This document shows, piece after piece, positions 24,801 through 39,000 of a stretch of 64,000 nt of DNA (the first letter of the stretch is position 1; every line of letters starts with the position of its first letter). Source of the stretch: Antedon mediterranea (Eukaryota; Animalia; Echinodermata). The position numbers and the translations under genes are program-made. The stretch lies in contig NC_092678.1 in the NCBI RefSeq assembly GCF_964355755.1, positions 23,701,365 through 23,765,364 of the forward strand. The letters run 5' to 3'. The notes under the pieces are model-generated. The model was not told the origin of the DNA. It did not search any database and saw nothing but the letters and a program-made list of their open reading frames with translations.

Positions 24801-27800
24801 TAGTATCAAAGTTATTACAAGAAAATGAGTTGACACTCTGTGCTTTATCAAACTCACCGAATTAATTTAAACTTATATTGAAAATGCTCAATGTAATAAA
24901 ATATACCAATTGGCCTTCTTTCACGTGAATAGAATACAGTACTTGTGTGGAGGAAATAAGTAACAGACATACAAACATTTGTTCACTATCCGTCAACAAA
25001 TTGTATCGGTGACTGTACGTGGATAGTGTACCATACTGAAGAGAAAGTTTTTTTAAAGTTTATACTCAATGATTCTAAAATTGCGTAATACTTTCCATAT
25101 TTACCCAACCGTCGAAAAAAATGAATAGTGTGAATGGTGATAAAGATCTAAAAAGACACAGATTTTGTTCAACATCAGTCAACAGAGAACACAGGTTGAA
25201 TCGATGACTGTATGCGAATATGTATTAAATGGAAAGTTTGCTTTATCGTTTATTTAATGATTATAAAATTGCGTAATACCTTCGTAGAATAAAGTTTCTA
25301 CTGTGAACGAATATAGAGATTGTGGAACGTATTAAGCATAATTATTTTATTTACCACCTCAGATAATACAGTCATATGCCTATTATTAATATTATACATT
25401 TGGCGCCATTACTTATAGCATAATAGCTTTTCAAAAGTCACTAAACTCGAGAATTGTTGAAGCAATCAACACACTTTGCGTTAACTGACAAATTAACCAT
25501 CTTAGCCTTCATGTAAGATAATGTTTAACATTAGACCACTTTTATATACAGTATGTTTGTACGTAGGCCAATTGTATTGTAACGTTGAGCAGTGGAAAAC
25601 ATGTTTTTCTCTAACAGTATATCACATATCATAACTCGGAGCTAATCCAATTCCATTAACACATAGGTGGCCTACTGACCCGACCAAGTTTGACTTTTTT
25701 CTAAAGACACCGTACCCCACATGTGGAAATTAATATTGATAGTTTCGGAATAAAAAAAATGATAATAATATTTCTAAATAAAGGTGATTCAGGGCAACAC
25801 TGTATACAAACAACAAAAGAAAAAAAAGAATATTAGAAAGTTAAATTTTAGAAGATAAAAAAATGTCGATTGACGCGAGCGGCACCAGATCCTCTCGGAA
25901 GACGAGATGATTTAGCCATTGACGTGTTGAATACGATGACAGCAATCGTAAATAAATAGTGTTAAATCAAAGAGGCAAACAGTAACATTTTATTGTTAGT
26001 ATTTCATGCAAAACGAGAGAATTCCACCAATTTATGTTGTTCTCGCCAAGGGAAGTGCGAAAGTTCTGGTCATTAGGTGTAAGGCAGCACCAAGTCTTAT
26101 GATTTCAGTAGGTGAATAGCCGTACTAATGATGTTTTTATTTTGTGACGTAAGACGTCATCGACATCGATTGTTATCGATTGGACAGGCATTAAAAACTT
26201 GAAGTAAATATCTTGAAGGGAGGAAGATGCACTCTAACGAATTAGTTTAAAGTAAAAAATCGACACGTTTACGCCACAAAGAGATACATGCATTGACGGT
26301 ACGCGCGCGTTCGAACGTTGATGATATCGGCACTACTTTGTACGTACGCGCCAACACTGTTATTTTAAAACCATAATATTATACATTATCTTATTTTCAT
26401 TTAATAAGACGATTATAAGTTTTATTTGTTCTCAACCAAGGTTGGTTGTTCCATTTTGTTGGTATAGTAGACTATTTAAAAACAGTTTCTATGTTTGTAT
26501 CGACATTGTTGATAAAGTTAGCTGGTCCGTAAATCATCAATTGAAGGTGGATTTGTAATATAACCCATTGATTTACATTAAAACGTTTTATTTACTAATG
26601 TTACTGAAAACCACCCACGATAGAGACTTATAGTTGTAACATTAGGAGATCTTAACAGAATTTAGTGAAACCAATAATGGTTTCATATTGTTCGGATCCC
26701 GAACTAAAAAGGCGTAATGAAGTTAGTTACTGACATTTAGGTCTAAATCACAGGGACGTAATAAAATTAGTTGCGGGTGTACATCTGAATGACACGTCAT
26801 GTCACGTCATATTAAACGCGTTATAGACCACCAGAGTTGAGTATACAAACTATGGTACGCCAAATATCGATTTAGATCACAGATGATAAGGGGAATCATA
26901 TCTGCATTAATAATTGAATATTAAAGACACGATAAATACGGGTAATTTGGAATAGTATAATGCCTTTTTTAAACACGACTCGAATCTATTCGTATCGTAA
27001 AATGTTTACATCGCGCATTGGAGAACATTGTTGACGCATGTTGCTCGTGGCAAATATGTAATTTAATTAGACGATTATGGGTCACATGGCGTACAATGGT
27101 ACGTAATATTTAACGATCGTCTATAGAATATTTTACAAATTTATTAATTTGGCGTTCCGTACGCTAGTTGCACTTTTAAAAGTGAAAAGTGATTTGATTT
27201 TTTTTTTGTCCGTGGTTCAGCACGCCACATGTTCAGAGGCCTTTTGGCAATGTGAGACTGGGTAACAGCAGGATAGAACTAACATTACTGTAGGCCTATT
27301 AGACTTAGTAAGCCATCATGCCATAATAACTTAATTACCGTTTGCAACTGCAAACAACCTGGTAGGTAACGATGTTAGGTCTCGGATTGTTTGTCATTTT
27401 GAATACTGTTAAATAGTGAAGTTTGTTGTAAGTTCACATTACATGGAGAAGTACGAATCATTTTGAATACTGTTACATCGCGAAGTTTGTTGTAAGTTTA
27501 CACACAGGGAGAAGTACGAATTAAGTGTAATAAACAATACAGATGTAGTGTCACTGCCTACCATTACATTTATAAAATAAATATTAAAAAAAAAAAGCAA
27601 AAACCGAATCAAAGTACATAAATGAATATAAAATCCACAAGCCTATAATAAATTACTCACGAAGAAGTTTTTGTTAGTAGCCTATACAAATTGTGACAGT
27701 TGCATACTTAAAAATGATTGTACTTTATTTATATAGGCCTAAAGTGAAAAAAGGACAAAATAACAACAATTGTGTTATTTTGTTAATAAAGGTTAATAGA

Positions 27801-30047
27801 ATCAAGAAAGCAGATTAAAGTATAGGAAAATAAACGCAATGTAAGCTTTAATATCAAGTGTTTGATCATTAGTGAATTCAGTTGTACTATTAAGTAAACC
27901 AAAATACATTTCATTTTGATTAATGATACGATGACTCTTATAAAAATAATGAATCTCTTTAACTCGTTTTTAAACAAACATGAGTGACGCATGGATGAAC
28001 AATGTGACGTAAAGCTCGGTTCACACTCTATATGACGCAACGCACGAATGACGTAGCCTACGCGCACCGTAAATTGACCAATTAAAAACGCGTATACTAC
28101 TCAATCATTCCGTGGATACTGAGATGGATACACGTGAATAATCTGAAAATACGGTAGCTTTATACGACACGCTTTGCGCATTTCCATTTATCTTGCCACC
28201 AAACTGATAATAAAAGAAATTACCCTTTCAATTAAAACCACACAAAACTTTTAAAGAGGTCTTAAGTCACCCTTGACTTATAAATAAAGGTGTTTATTAT
28301 TGGACAAAAACTCATTAAAGATGTTCTGGCGTATCGTATTCAATCATCAGAACCACTAAATCTACAAAGACTGATTCACATCGACGACAGGTGGCGAGGA
28401 AAACATTCCTCCAATATCAAATTCGTTCTTTTACCCTCGTAGATTTTATTTTGTGGATAGGCATTTTAAAATTAAGAGTTTCAATATGGGTGAAATGTTC
28501 GTTTCAATAGAGTCATAGTGCGTCTAAACACCCTCTAAAGTAACCATGAACCTCAAAAACTTTTTTCCATTTGGGCATAGACTGACCACTGTGTGTTTTC
28601 CCAAGGCCTGATGCATGCATAAAATTGAAATAAATTAAAATATTAAATAAATGTCTGCATATAACGTATTAAAGTTGAGCCAAAATCCTGGTGATTATTT
28701 ATTTATATCTCTTAATATGGGTTAAATTACAACTGATAGTTAGACCAAAGCATGTTTTGCGAAAGTACTATAGTAAATAAGGATTTCATCACGAATATCA
28801 TGAATACGAAACAGCAACTTTATACAACGATACTAGAATCGCGTAGGAATGCATATTCAACCCACACTCTCGGTCGGATACAGACTCCAGCAGACAAGCT
28901 CAATTTCAGCGTTTTGGGACCACAAATATTTGAGTTAGGACTCGTTTGAACGCATCTTCATTGGCGGTAACAATCAAAGGAGTTTAGTTGCATTCCAAAG
29001 TTTAACGAGATTTTGATTAACCCTAACAATCGCTATAGGAATACAAGTATTTACCAAGTGGCACCAGCGTGTGAAAGTACATTGATAAAATTAGTTCATT
29101 CTTAAAATGAAAAAAAAAACAACAAAAAAACAACATTTCATTCAGTTTGGTAACAAGGGACTAATTAGTTACAAAAGTTTGATATTGATAATAGATACTT
29201 AAGTATATACTTAAAAGTAAGGAAGTTTAATTCTACTTCAAAATAAGGTCAGGAAAGAGTGCTTCAAATGGTTATAATAAACTATCATCTTTATAACGGG
29301 AATACAATTATTACGTAATACATTTCTAACTGATGGTTCTTTGGCCATTTCGGAGGTCATCATTTAGATATCATACTCTGATGTAAAGGAGTATTGGTAA
29401 TTCACAAACCCTGCTCCCTAACAAGTCTTGTTATCTCAATATTTTTATTGTTTAACAGACTAACTACTTTAACTCCATTGGGAGATGGAAAGGTATTCTG
29501 TTTTACATTTCTTTATACGAAGAAAAATACTAAAAGTACAATATTAACTTTTACAAACTGTGATTTTCCAAATAATTCTTTTTTAAAACATTGCAGCTGT
29601 TTAAATTGTTACGTTTTTACTTGATTACTTTACATTTTGCGCCACCTTCGTAGTATTAAAAATGTGGCACAGTAACACGGCACCATACCACTTCCTAAAC
29701 CACGCGTGATGGGTTCAAATCTCCGGGATTAATTCCTTTAAATAACCGGGATTGTTTGCTAAGCATATACTACTTAATATTTAATTCTTCTTCTTCTTCT
29801 TCTTCTTCTTCCTTAGACTCTTGGTCTAGGGCATTTATTTACACAGCACATAGGCCAATTCAATTTATCTACAATTTGAAATTGCATTACTAATATAAAC
29901 TATGTACATATGTAAACATAACTTACCAAATTGACCATCACAGTATTGTGTCTGTGGATGGATCTTCAATCTCTGTGAAGGATTACACCCATGCACAGAT
30001 AAACACATAAACAAGCTCACGAAACCTAACCTCCACGTTATATCCAT
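21899..30047 (-). CDS. Divergent secreted TIMP-like (NTR-fold) protein A, ~359 aa, 4 exons
   Basis: Exons 30047-29927, 23749-23255, 22789-22614, 22186-21899 (phases 1,1,0; 1080 nt). Signal peptide MDITWRLGFVSLFMCLSVHG is followed by CNPSQRLKIHPQTQYCDGQF/VIRAK (TIMP HPQxxxC...VIRAK), then YKG, YILSG, YSSNCNC and a C-terminal CEW...TCV...GCVW. Confidence 0.85.
22227..22385 (+). mobile_element. MITE family A copy
   Basis: Family TIRs; lies in intron 3 of TIMP-like A, about 40 bp from the acceptor. Confidence 0.85.
24234..24395 (-). mobile_element. MITE family A copy
   Basis: Family TIRs and interior. Confidence 0.85.
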
Positions 30048-31006
30048 ATCTAACACAATAAGTTAATTTCTAAAATCCATAAAATATCCAGTATAGGCCT
30101 ATAGTTCCAAAAATATTTATTTCGATTGCGTTAACAAAATACTCAATAAATTCTTTGATAAATATTAGGTGCGAGAAAAAACGATTGTATTACCAAACAG
30201 TCTTCAGTAAAACTTGACAATGAATGAAGTTGTATTTTCCATCAACACACAGCAGACGACCATTCGCGTGACCTAATAATACCGCCCTCAGACAACTCAT
30301 GAAGTAGAAACTGTATGAAAGATCTTTTAGGCCTCATACTATACGTATGCCTATAGGATATTACATACACTAGATTCTTGTAGATAGTTTGTTATAATAT
30401 TGATTTTGGGTAAACATCGACTACTAGGCCTACAAGGAAAGGACTCGTTTCGGGAACAAGGTCAGAAACAGAACAACATATCAGCCTGTCCGCAGGTATT
30501 CTACTACCCTATATAAAATAACCATTTAGAGAGCAAATTAAGACTAGATAACTAACTATACTGAAAACTTGCGACGATCTATTTACAAAATCAAAGAAAT
30601 ATTTTAGCATTCTGCTAGGAAAAGTGATTATTTTTCTGCTGACTTGGTCACATACCAGCAAAGAAATTAAGGACCTATGAGTAAATACGGGTTACTATGG
30701 GTCGTGTATTATGCCGGTGCTGAGTAGAGTTTTCAATCGTCGCATCGGAGATTAGTACCCGGCCCGGCGCTGGAGTCCCTTTGAATTACGAAAGCTTCCG
30801 TAGCAACCGGCTGATTCACGCGCGTAGGACCACGTCATGTTGAAAGATGTAGTAAGGAATTGACCTGTATTAAATAGTTGTGACCTTAATTATAATTAGA
30901 GCAGGTAGTTTATATTTCACTAAAGGCCTATCACTACCTTTCGTAGGCCTACAGTTTATTTCCACATAAATTGTATTAAATGTTAAGTGGTCTTGTATCA
31001 TGCTTA

Positions 31007-31216
31007 AGGCCAATTTACACAGACAAGCGGTAACGGTAAGCAGAAAACCGCGTAGCTTGTCCTACGTAGAATCTGTATCTATCCTGAGTGGAAACCGCCC
31101 GTCCGCTTTCTGCTTTGTGTAAATGGTCATACCATGGAGAAATCTTATTTCTCCATGGTCATACGGAATAACAAAGATTTGTATTACCGTTACCGCTCGT
31201 CTGTGTAAATTGGCCT
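31007..31216. mobile_element. PIF/Harbinger-like MITE
   Basis: TIRs AGGCCAATTTACACAGACAAGCGGTAACGGTAA and TTACCGTTACCGCTCGTCTGTGTAAATTGGCCT, with an exact TTA target-site duplication (31004-31006, 31217-31219). Confidence 0.85.
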
Positions 31217-33023
31217 TTAGTCTAAAACCCGGTTATTTATATAAATTCGAAGATTTGAACCCACCACGCGCGGATTATGGAGTAGTATGGTGTCGTGAGA
31301 CTGTGTCACATTTTCAGTACTACAAAGGTGGCGGCGCTAGACAGGCTTTTAAGTTATTCACTGCATCGATTGCAAAAGTTGTTGCAGAAATTGTGAATGT
31401 TGCCCTCTATTTAACAGTGAAACCAGATTCCTGTAAGTCACCACTATACACTTATTCATACTTTATGTCGGCAATATGTCTACTCATGGAGTTGTACAAA
31501 ATGTAACAGAAACAAAAATGCATGTTATAACATTAATCCGGAAATATAGAGCATTCTTAAGTAGGTCTAACGGTAAAAATGACATTTAAACGAAGATAAT
31601 CGGAAACCTGAAATACAGCAAAATATAATATAACAAAACCTTTTCTAAATAATTGCTAATTAAATGCATACTAACTATTAAAATAAAATAAATTAAGTAG
31701 TAGTAGTGGAGCTGTCGCTTGATTATTAACATGCTTGCCTTCCAATCCCAAAGAGGACCAGGGTTCAATCCTGACCTAGTGCCAGGGTTGTAAACTCACG
31801 AATCTTAACATCACTTCCTAAGCCTCAAATGATACTTAGATTTATAAGCACAATAAATTATAAAATAGTTTATCCATCCTGTAATTGACGAGTCTGTGCT
31901 CGCTGTTGGATGCGTATGAAATAATGGCTTCAATTCCATCCTCAGAGTCAGACAGATATAGACTGGAAATCGTCACATAATAGCAAACTCTTCTTCAGTT
32001 TAGAAGATTTTATAATTGAAGCGACAACATTCTTCATTTTAGCAACCCAAAGTTGAAATGACTCAAAACATTTAAAAGGATTACGATCTACACAGTATAA
32101 TGATAAACACAGAGAGAATCACTCAATCAACACACAATCAACACAACAGAAATATTTCTATAAGAAATCGCATTAGTTCTATTTTCTCTCTAACAAAAAT
32201 GCAGACTTGCTAACGAACTATTACAAGAGCGAAACTACTCAATCACCAACACACAGCAGGAACATTAACAGAAAACAAGAGAATGTTCATACAACAATCA
32301 TAGCTGGCGTTTATAATGATTTCCATTTTGATTATTCATTTTAAATAGCCGTGGTCACACTTGATTTACAGGTTGAAATGAGACATATAAGACCGCAAGA
32401 TTCAATTCTCATTTGTCAAACGACACATGTAAAATGTTTGTATTTATTTACTCAACTCGTTAACAACGTGAGCAGCACGCGCCGGTTGACACCATCTCAC
32501 TGAAATGTCCGAACAGCCAACAGAATACACGCGCTGTCCGAATAACTATTAGAAAACGGAAAGACATGGTAGTCGTTGGTTTCCGGTAAGCAGCTACCCA
32601 ATTTGTCCAACCCATGAGCCAAACGACTGATCTAACTATTTAAATGTTTGTACTTGTTTAAGGTTTCGTCATTTCGGTTTCCTGGATAATACTTTGAAGA
32701 TACAACGATTTAAAATTCAAAGTTTGACGAAAACGGACAGTAGAGGACTAAAATCAACTTTCACGCGCGAGACTTTCCCTACAGGAAAGAACAACAACTA
32801 ACCTGGCCATCTATCTACAAAGGGGTGATGTTCGTTCGTTTTGATGTTTAAAATATGACCTCGCCCATAAACAGGAGAAATACGAGCTGCTGGTGCATTG
32901 GATGAATGTTGCCAACGTCGTACCTCTGATATCATTATAGCTTAATCATTAAATACAGACATACAGAGAAAGTGTGAGCATTCCTCTATCTGCTTCAGCG
33001 TCGTACAGCGAAACATTGTTACG

Positions 33024-36000
33024 ATGTCTTCGTTTTTGTTTCATACTTTGATGTTTGCTTTCTGTGTTTCGTTTTCATTCGCTTGTCACCGATACATTGC
33101 TGCCGATTCAAACTTTTACGTGCACAAACATCCACAGGAGCATTTTTGTGAGGCAGATTTTGGTATGTAAACTTTATTTTAGAACAAATCATTTTTAGTT
33201 TCATGTCCGGAATTTGAATATTTGTTTTTGGTGAGGTGGGGGGACGTAAAATTTATATTAGGATTTGTTTTTAATTGACGCTATTTTTGTTTTATTTTTT
33301 AAAACATCGAGAAATAAGTGAATACAAAATTGTTAGTTGTTGGTGGGAAAATACGATCGAAGCTTACCGATACCACCAGAAAGATATCAACTTGCCATTT
33401 ATATTTAAACTATTAAACAAAGACACATTTAGATTTAAAAACTATTCTTTTCGATTAAGAAAGACAAATTTTAAATTCAAATTTCTTGGATAATTTGTCA
33501 TTACAAATAATATGTGCATTAATTTCCAAAAAAAATCTAGGCCTATACGGTATAACTAATTATTGTAACTTAATTTGTAAAATACAATATTCCGATGATG
33601 GTCAGTTTTTTTTCTTTCGACGCTCTTTTTGATTTCCCATAATTAATATTCACAGTGAAGTTTGATACCGTGTTGGCCGTGAACTTTCGTGTATTATTTC
33701 CTTAATGAGCTTAAAATAGCCTCACAGGCCTTTTATTACACAATCGTAAAGTAGCCATCCAGGTGCCTAAACTAACAACATGGATTAATTAGCTATATAA
33801 GAGATAATGAAAATAGATTCTAGGGAACTGTATCTATAATTTGCCCAGTATTATAGACAAACTCTATAATGCAGTGTCACATGTATCATATATGGCGCCT
33901 GTATCATAGGCCATAAACCCAACCTTTTTTTCTGATGTGTTGCAAGGATCGATAATATTGCACATATTGTTGTGACGATGACCCGAGACTTCTGCTTACT
34001 TCTCCGCCGCATATCAAAGGATCTGTCTACACTATCAGATTTTATGTGACAAACAATGTGATGTGCCTGTCATATTACTACCATATTTGGGCACATATAA
34101 AACTTTTTTGTCAAACTTGTTTGATAGTTTAGACAGAGCTAGCTTAGATGGAATACTGTAGGTTAATTTCTGAAGTCAATTAGAGCATCACATCGCAGAA
34201 CAAGATAATAACATTTTCTTGGCACTTCTGTTAAGCTATAAATTTCCTACTCATTTTATAGTGTTGGCACATACACTCACTTCTACTTGTATACAATATA
34301 ACATTTTCTTGGCATGCTTACATCATAAATCACTAATCTGTATTATATTCAAATGAGAAATCTTCCAGATGTTGGAAAAAGTCCACATTCTCGACAAAAA
34401 CAACTACAAGCATGCAGTACAGTGCCTTCATAAGCATTTGTTTTAGTGAGCATTTTTGTGGAATTGAAGATTGACGTTTAGGGTTAGGCCTACTGTCTAA
34501 ACATCATGAGGGAGTGTGGGATCGTTTCCTTATCTCTGTTTATGATTTAAGTACCAGGTTTATAGTATTGATAATTGCCGTTAAAATGTACCGAAATAAT
34601 ATTACATTGTATGTTTTCAATAATGATAAATTACCCAATTTTATTTTTAGTTTTTACGTAAATCCATTCAATAATGCATATGCATACAATCGGCCATTAA
34701 AATAACTGTTTCAGTTTAAAATAGGAGACAGTGCATTGTTGCAGAACATTAACCAAATACACTTTACTCTGCGCCATAAATGGTTATTTGCCAAGTTTTA
34801 ATAGATAATGTAGAGCAGTGTTACTACTGTCCTAGCCATGCTAATTGTTGTCGGTCTGGGGGTGATCATTGAAAACTAGTTTCATATTGCAAATGACCCT
34901 AAGTGTCCAAGTATATTATCAAGTCTGCTGTTGACGATTCGCAAACCCCGTCTTTTCACAAGTGACAGTACCGGCAGCTTCGAGTTTTCAACACCGATAT
35001 ATAGCGCCTTCAAATACCCGGTATATATTTATGTTGGATCGTGGCAAATGATTAATAAGGCCCATTTACACTAGGACGATAACGATGGACGATAAATATA
35101 TAAACATGCATTTTTTTTACATAAAACAAAATAAATTAGAAAGGTTTTCGTTCTAGAACTATAGGATAATCATTTATGCTGTCTTTGATAAAAATTATAT
35201 TTTTAAAATTCCAATCAAATGACGTCATGATAAATAAAAACAATAAAATCGTATTGTCACGATATTATTGCTCTTACTAATCATGACGTCATTTGATTGG
35301 ACGTGTGAAAATATCATTTTCATCAAAGGAAGCATAGAAGGTTATTATATAGTTCTAGAATGAAAAGTACTATTATACTGTGTGTGTGGAGTGAGGGACA
35401 AAAGGAGTAGGCCTACACTAATTTGTATCATCTTTATATACTGACATTTGGGTTTTTGTGGGCTTACGTCAAATATGTATGTTCTTACCTTATTAACTCA
35501 CCGTCACTGGTTCTGTCGGACTGTAAGTTGTACACCTACAAAACAAAAATATATTTGTATATTGCTACTTGTACGTTGACGAAGGGTTAGTGCTATTCAA
35601 AACTGTGCAAACAAATCTGTCTGGCTGTTTTACTTTATCGTTTTGATTTAGCTTTAAAAAAAATTAAATTAAGATCAAGCTACTATCAGTAATTTCCTCT
35701 TTCATTTATATTATAAATACACTATAAAAGTGTTTCACAACTATTTAAATTCGGTGGTGTCCCACTTTAATTCGTGTCGAGTAAAAGTAGAACAAAGCTG
35801 AAGTATCAACCCAAAGGTCATCCTCCAACCCACAACTCCAGCCTACACGAACAAAGATATTGGCCTACTTTTAGCTAGAATTAATACTAATAAAATAATA
35901 ATTTAATTCTTTCGGATGTTGAGTCGTACCCCATACTGCTACCCTGTCTTATCTTATTGTATTTGTCACACAGTAGACACTGTCTTTGGTATGTTAACAA

Positions 36001-39000
36001 TTTATAAAATAATTGTTACAAATTTGGGTTTTTAGTAATTTTCAAGATTTGATCTTGCTGTTGATTTCATAAGATACTTGTTTTCGGAATTCAATTCAAT
36101 TCAATTTCTTTTTATTTCAGAAATATCTTCCATAGTAATAATTAACAGAAACAGAAAAAGAAAAATTGTAAACTCTAAACTTAAGTATATAGAATGCTTT
36201 TCCATCTACAATATATTTTGGAGTTATGGAGCATATGTTTGGAAACACAAGCAACAAGGATGTTACCACTATTCAACATACGTTGCATGAAACCATAGGT
36301 AGATAAATGTAATCGGTAATTTTAAATTGTTAACCTTCGAATAAAAAAACCTTGGGAATATGGATTCTAGGCCTTGTTCATAATCCGCCCAGACAACAGC
36401 TTTGAATTGAATTGAAATTTATACTGGGTAACCTCTTCAGTCAAAGACTGGTCTCCCAGAGGGCCCAGTTGGTGATCAGTGGCTGTGATGTACTAATACA
36501 CCGGGGTAACCCCCTACTCGTCTCGAAAGATGTACTAGGTTCTTTAAAGTGCACACGAGCTAGATGTGTACACTGGACCTACGGTTTATAGTCCTTATCC
36601 GAGAAGACCCGTTCTACCACCAGAACCATGGAGTGAGTGAGCATCGAACCCAGCTTAGATATTGATTTCCAAAAAGAATTAACTGTGTTCTGCCGCCGAA
36701 TCCTTTTTCAATTTGGTCAAAGTTTTTGTTGGATTCTGACGACAAATCTATCTTTAATTTGTTTGATATTTGTTTCAATTTTTGGTGTATTAAAGAACTG
36801 TAGGCCTAACTGTCACTAGTACTGTATAATTATAGTCAGGGAAGAGTAACATTACACGGTTACGTTTGATCAATTGTTGATGTATTAAAGCTGTATTAAA
36901 GCTGTATTAAACTAAATACAGTCCGGGAAGAGTAAAAGTACTCTGATATTTTCAAACATTACATGTAGTTTTATGATGATGTTTTATGAAAAAATTGCTA
37001 TAGGCCTACAATCACCACATCAATATTGATGTTTCAGCGAATTACTATCCTCGCAAGAAAGATGATTCAGTCATGGTAGGCCTATACCTCAATTGTCTAT
37101 TGCAATTCTACACACACTGTAGGAGAGCGTCCAGTTGTTTCTTCTATTTTTTTGTGTAGAGTATCTCTTTACAGTATTCCCCTATGTCTGGAAGTATAGA
37201 TTTTTCGCAGGGGAGTTGTGCAGATACTCTTAGCGATGATGAGGAGACTTTTGCTCCAGATAATGTTAGCGATATCAATGGTCGCTACCCATGGAGGTAT
37301 ATAAACTAATTTCCACATCGATATTGATGTTCCAACAATTTACTATCAGTAATGGTAGAACCATACCTCAATGGTTTATTCGAATTATACCCACTGTAGG
37401 AGAGCGTTAAACACTGATTGTTAACTTTATTATTCTACTTCCTGTCAGAAGATCATTGGTAGGTGCATGTCCAGTGTGTTGACCTTTCGCTGACCTATCA
37501 GTGTCAACAAAAAGTCAATCTGCTGGACATTGTCTCAAATTAAAGTAAAAAGGTCAGTAATTTCCTTTCGGAGATGACTTTAGACCCGTGACAACAGACT
37601 GAGTCTTTATCAATGATCTAACACACTGACCGAATAAACCTCATAAAGGCACAACATATTTATAATATAAAACAATCGGAAACACTTTTACCATACATTT
37701 TGTTTTTGTTAATTTCTATTGTTGGAATAATCACTACACTCGATAAATATCGACACAGAGTGACATTTTGTCCTATTAAGGCATTTTCCATTTTATACAA
37801 CGTTTTGATCAACTTGTTTTATTTTGTATAATATTATAGGAAATAAATAATATATATGAGAATATGAGAATGAGTATTTAAATGAATTATTTTAATTTCA
37901 GATTTACAGTAAGATATGATATTAATAAGATTGTTTGTTTGTCATGACCACATATGTAAATAAATATGAAAACCAAAAACGCATGGTAGTAGATAAAAAA
38001 AACTTTACAGAAAAATCTATATACAAAAAAAATGTGAAATAAACTATTATTGATAAATATTATTTCTGAAAAATATCAGAATTGAAATACGTAGGCCTCT
38101 ACACTGCTAAGGGAAATGAACAATTATTTGTACGATAAATTACAATCTATTTATTCTATCAAAGCATTAGACACAGCCACCCGGCCTACGCGACAACCTA
38201 AAAATGAATTTAAAGCATTGAATAATTATGTAATGTTATAAAAACATAAACATCTTGCATAACATAGTATCATGCTATGAATGTCAGTACGCTGTCTAGA
38301 AATAATTGCACAACACTTCATGTTATTAACATAGTTCAGAATCATGTTTGACCCTTGATTAAAAATGGTCATAAACACCATGAAACCATGTGGAGTTATA
38401 TTATTATATATTATGGATTACATATAATAATCAATATTGTATTGCTAGGGCAGTAAGTTCCCTCAACCAACCCCTAGCTGTGTGTAGTATTAGAAGCAAC
38501 ATCTATTCATTGACGATATGCGTGTAAATGGACGTCCCAGCAACACCAATTTGATTAAAATTTACTATAGTAAGAATAAAATGTCATTGAGGACCGTGTG
38601 AAGGTTATAGTTGGTGATAACCATATTATACATTTTAAATTACTACGATGCAGAGAAGAAATCGTATTGGCATTTTTTTTTTAAAATGCTGGTGCGTACG
38701 TAGGATTTGAACCCAGAAGTCTGATTGGTGATCAACTTAACCACTAAGCTATAGGCAATTTAACATCAGGCGGAGGAGCCCCGGTTAGCGTTACGTTTTC
38801 AACCATTCCGCGCGCGTTACGTTTTATTTATTATTACGACGTAAAAGGTAATAGTGCCACAAGGAAGCAACGTAAGCGCAACGACGCATGGGATGATCTA
38901 TCGCGCCGTGATGGATTATTCGAACAGTCCCTTGTCATAGGTCAACTCACTTCTTTTGTCTACAGCCTCGCGTTGCGTCCTAGTGGGAACCAAACTTAAA

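Noticed and set aside
30686-30830. GC-rich segment as a possible twister/HDV-like ribozyme
   Set aside because: A few short stems can be drawn but no complete catalytic consensus was found; more simply regulatory DNA between the two TIMP-like genes.
31123-31506. 127-aa ORF between the TIMP-like genes
   Set aside because: Starts within a MITE and has no recognisable domain or exon context.
33019-33204. 61-aa basic ORF on the minus strand
   Set aside because: Antisense of the real signal-peptide exon of TIMP-like B (33024-33162, +).
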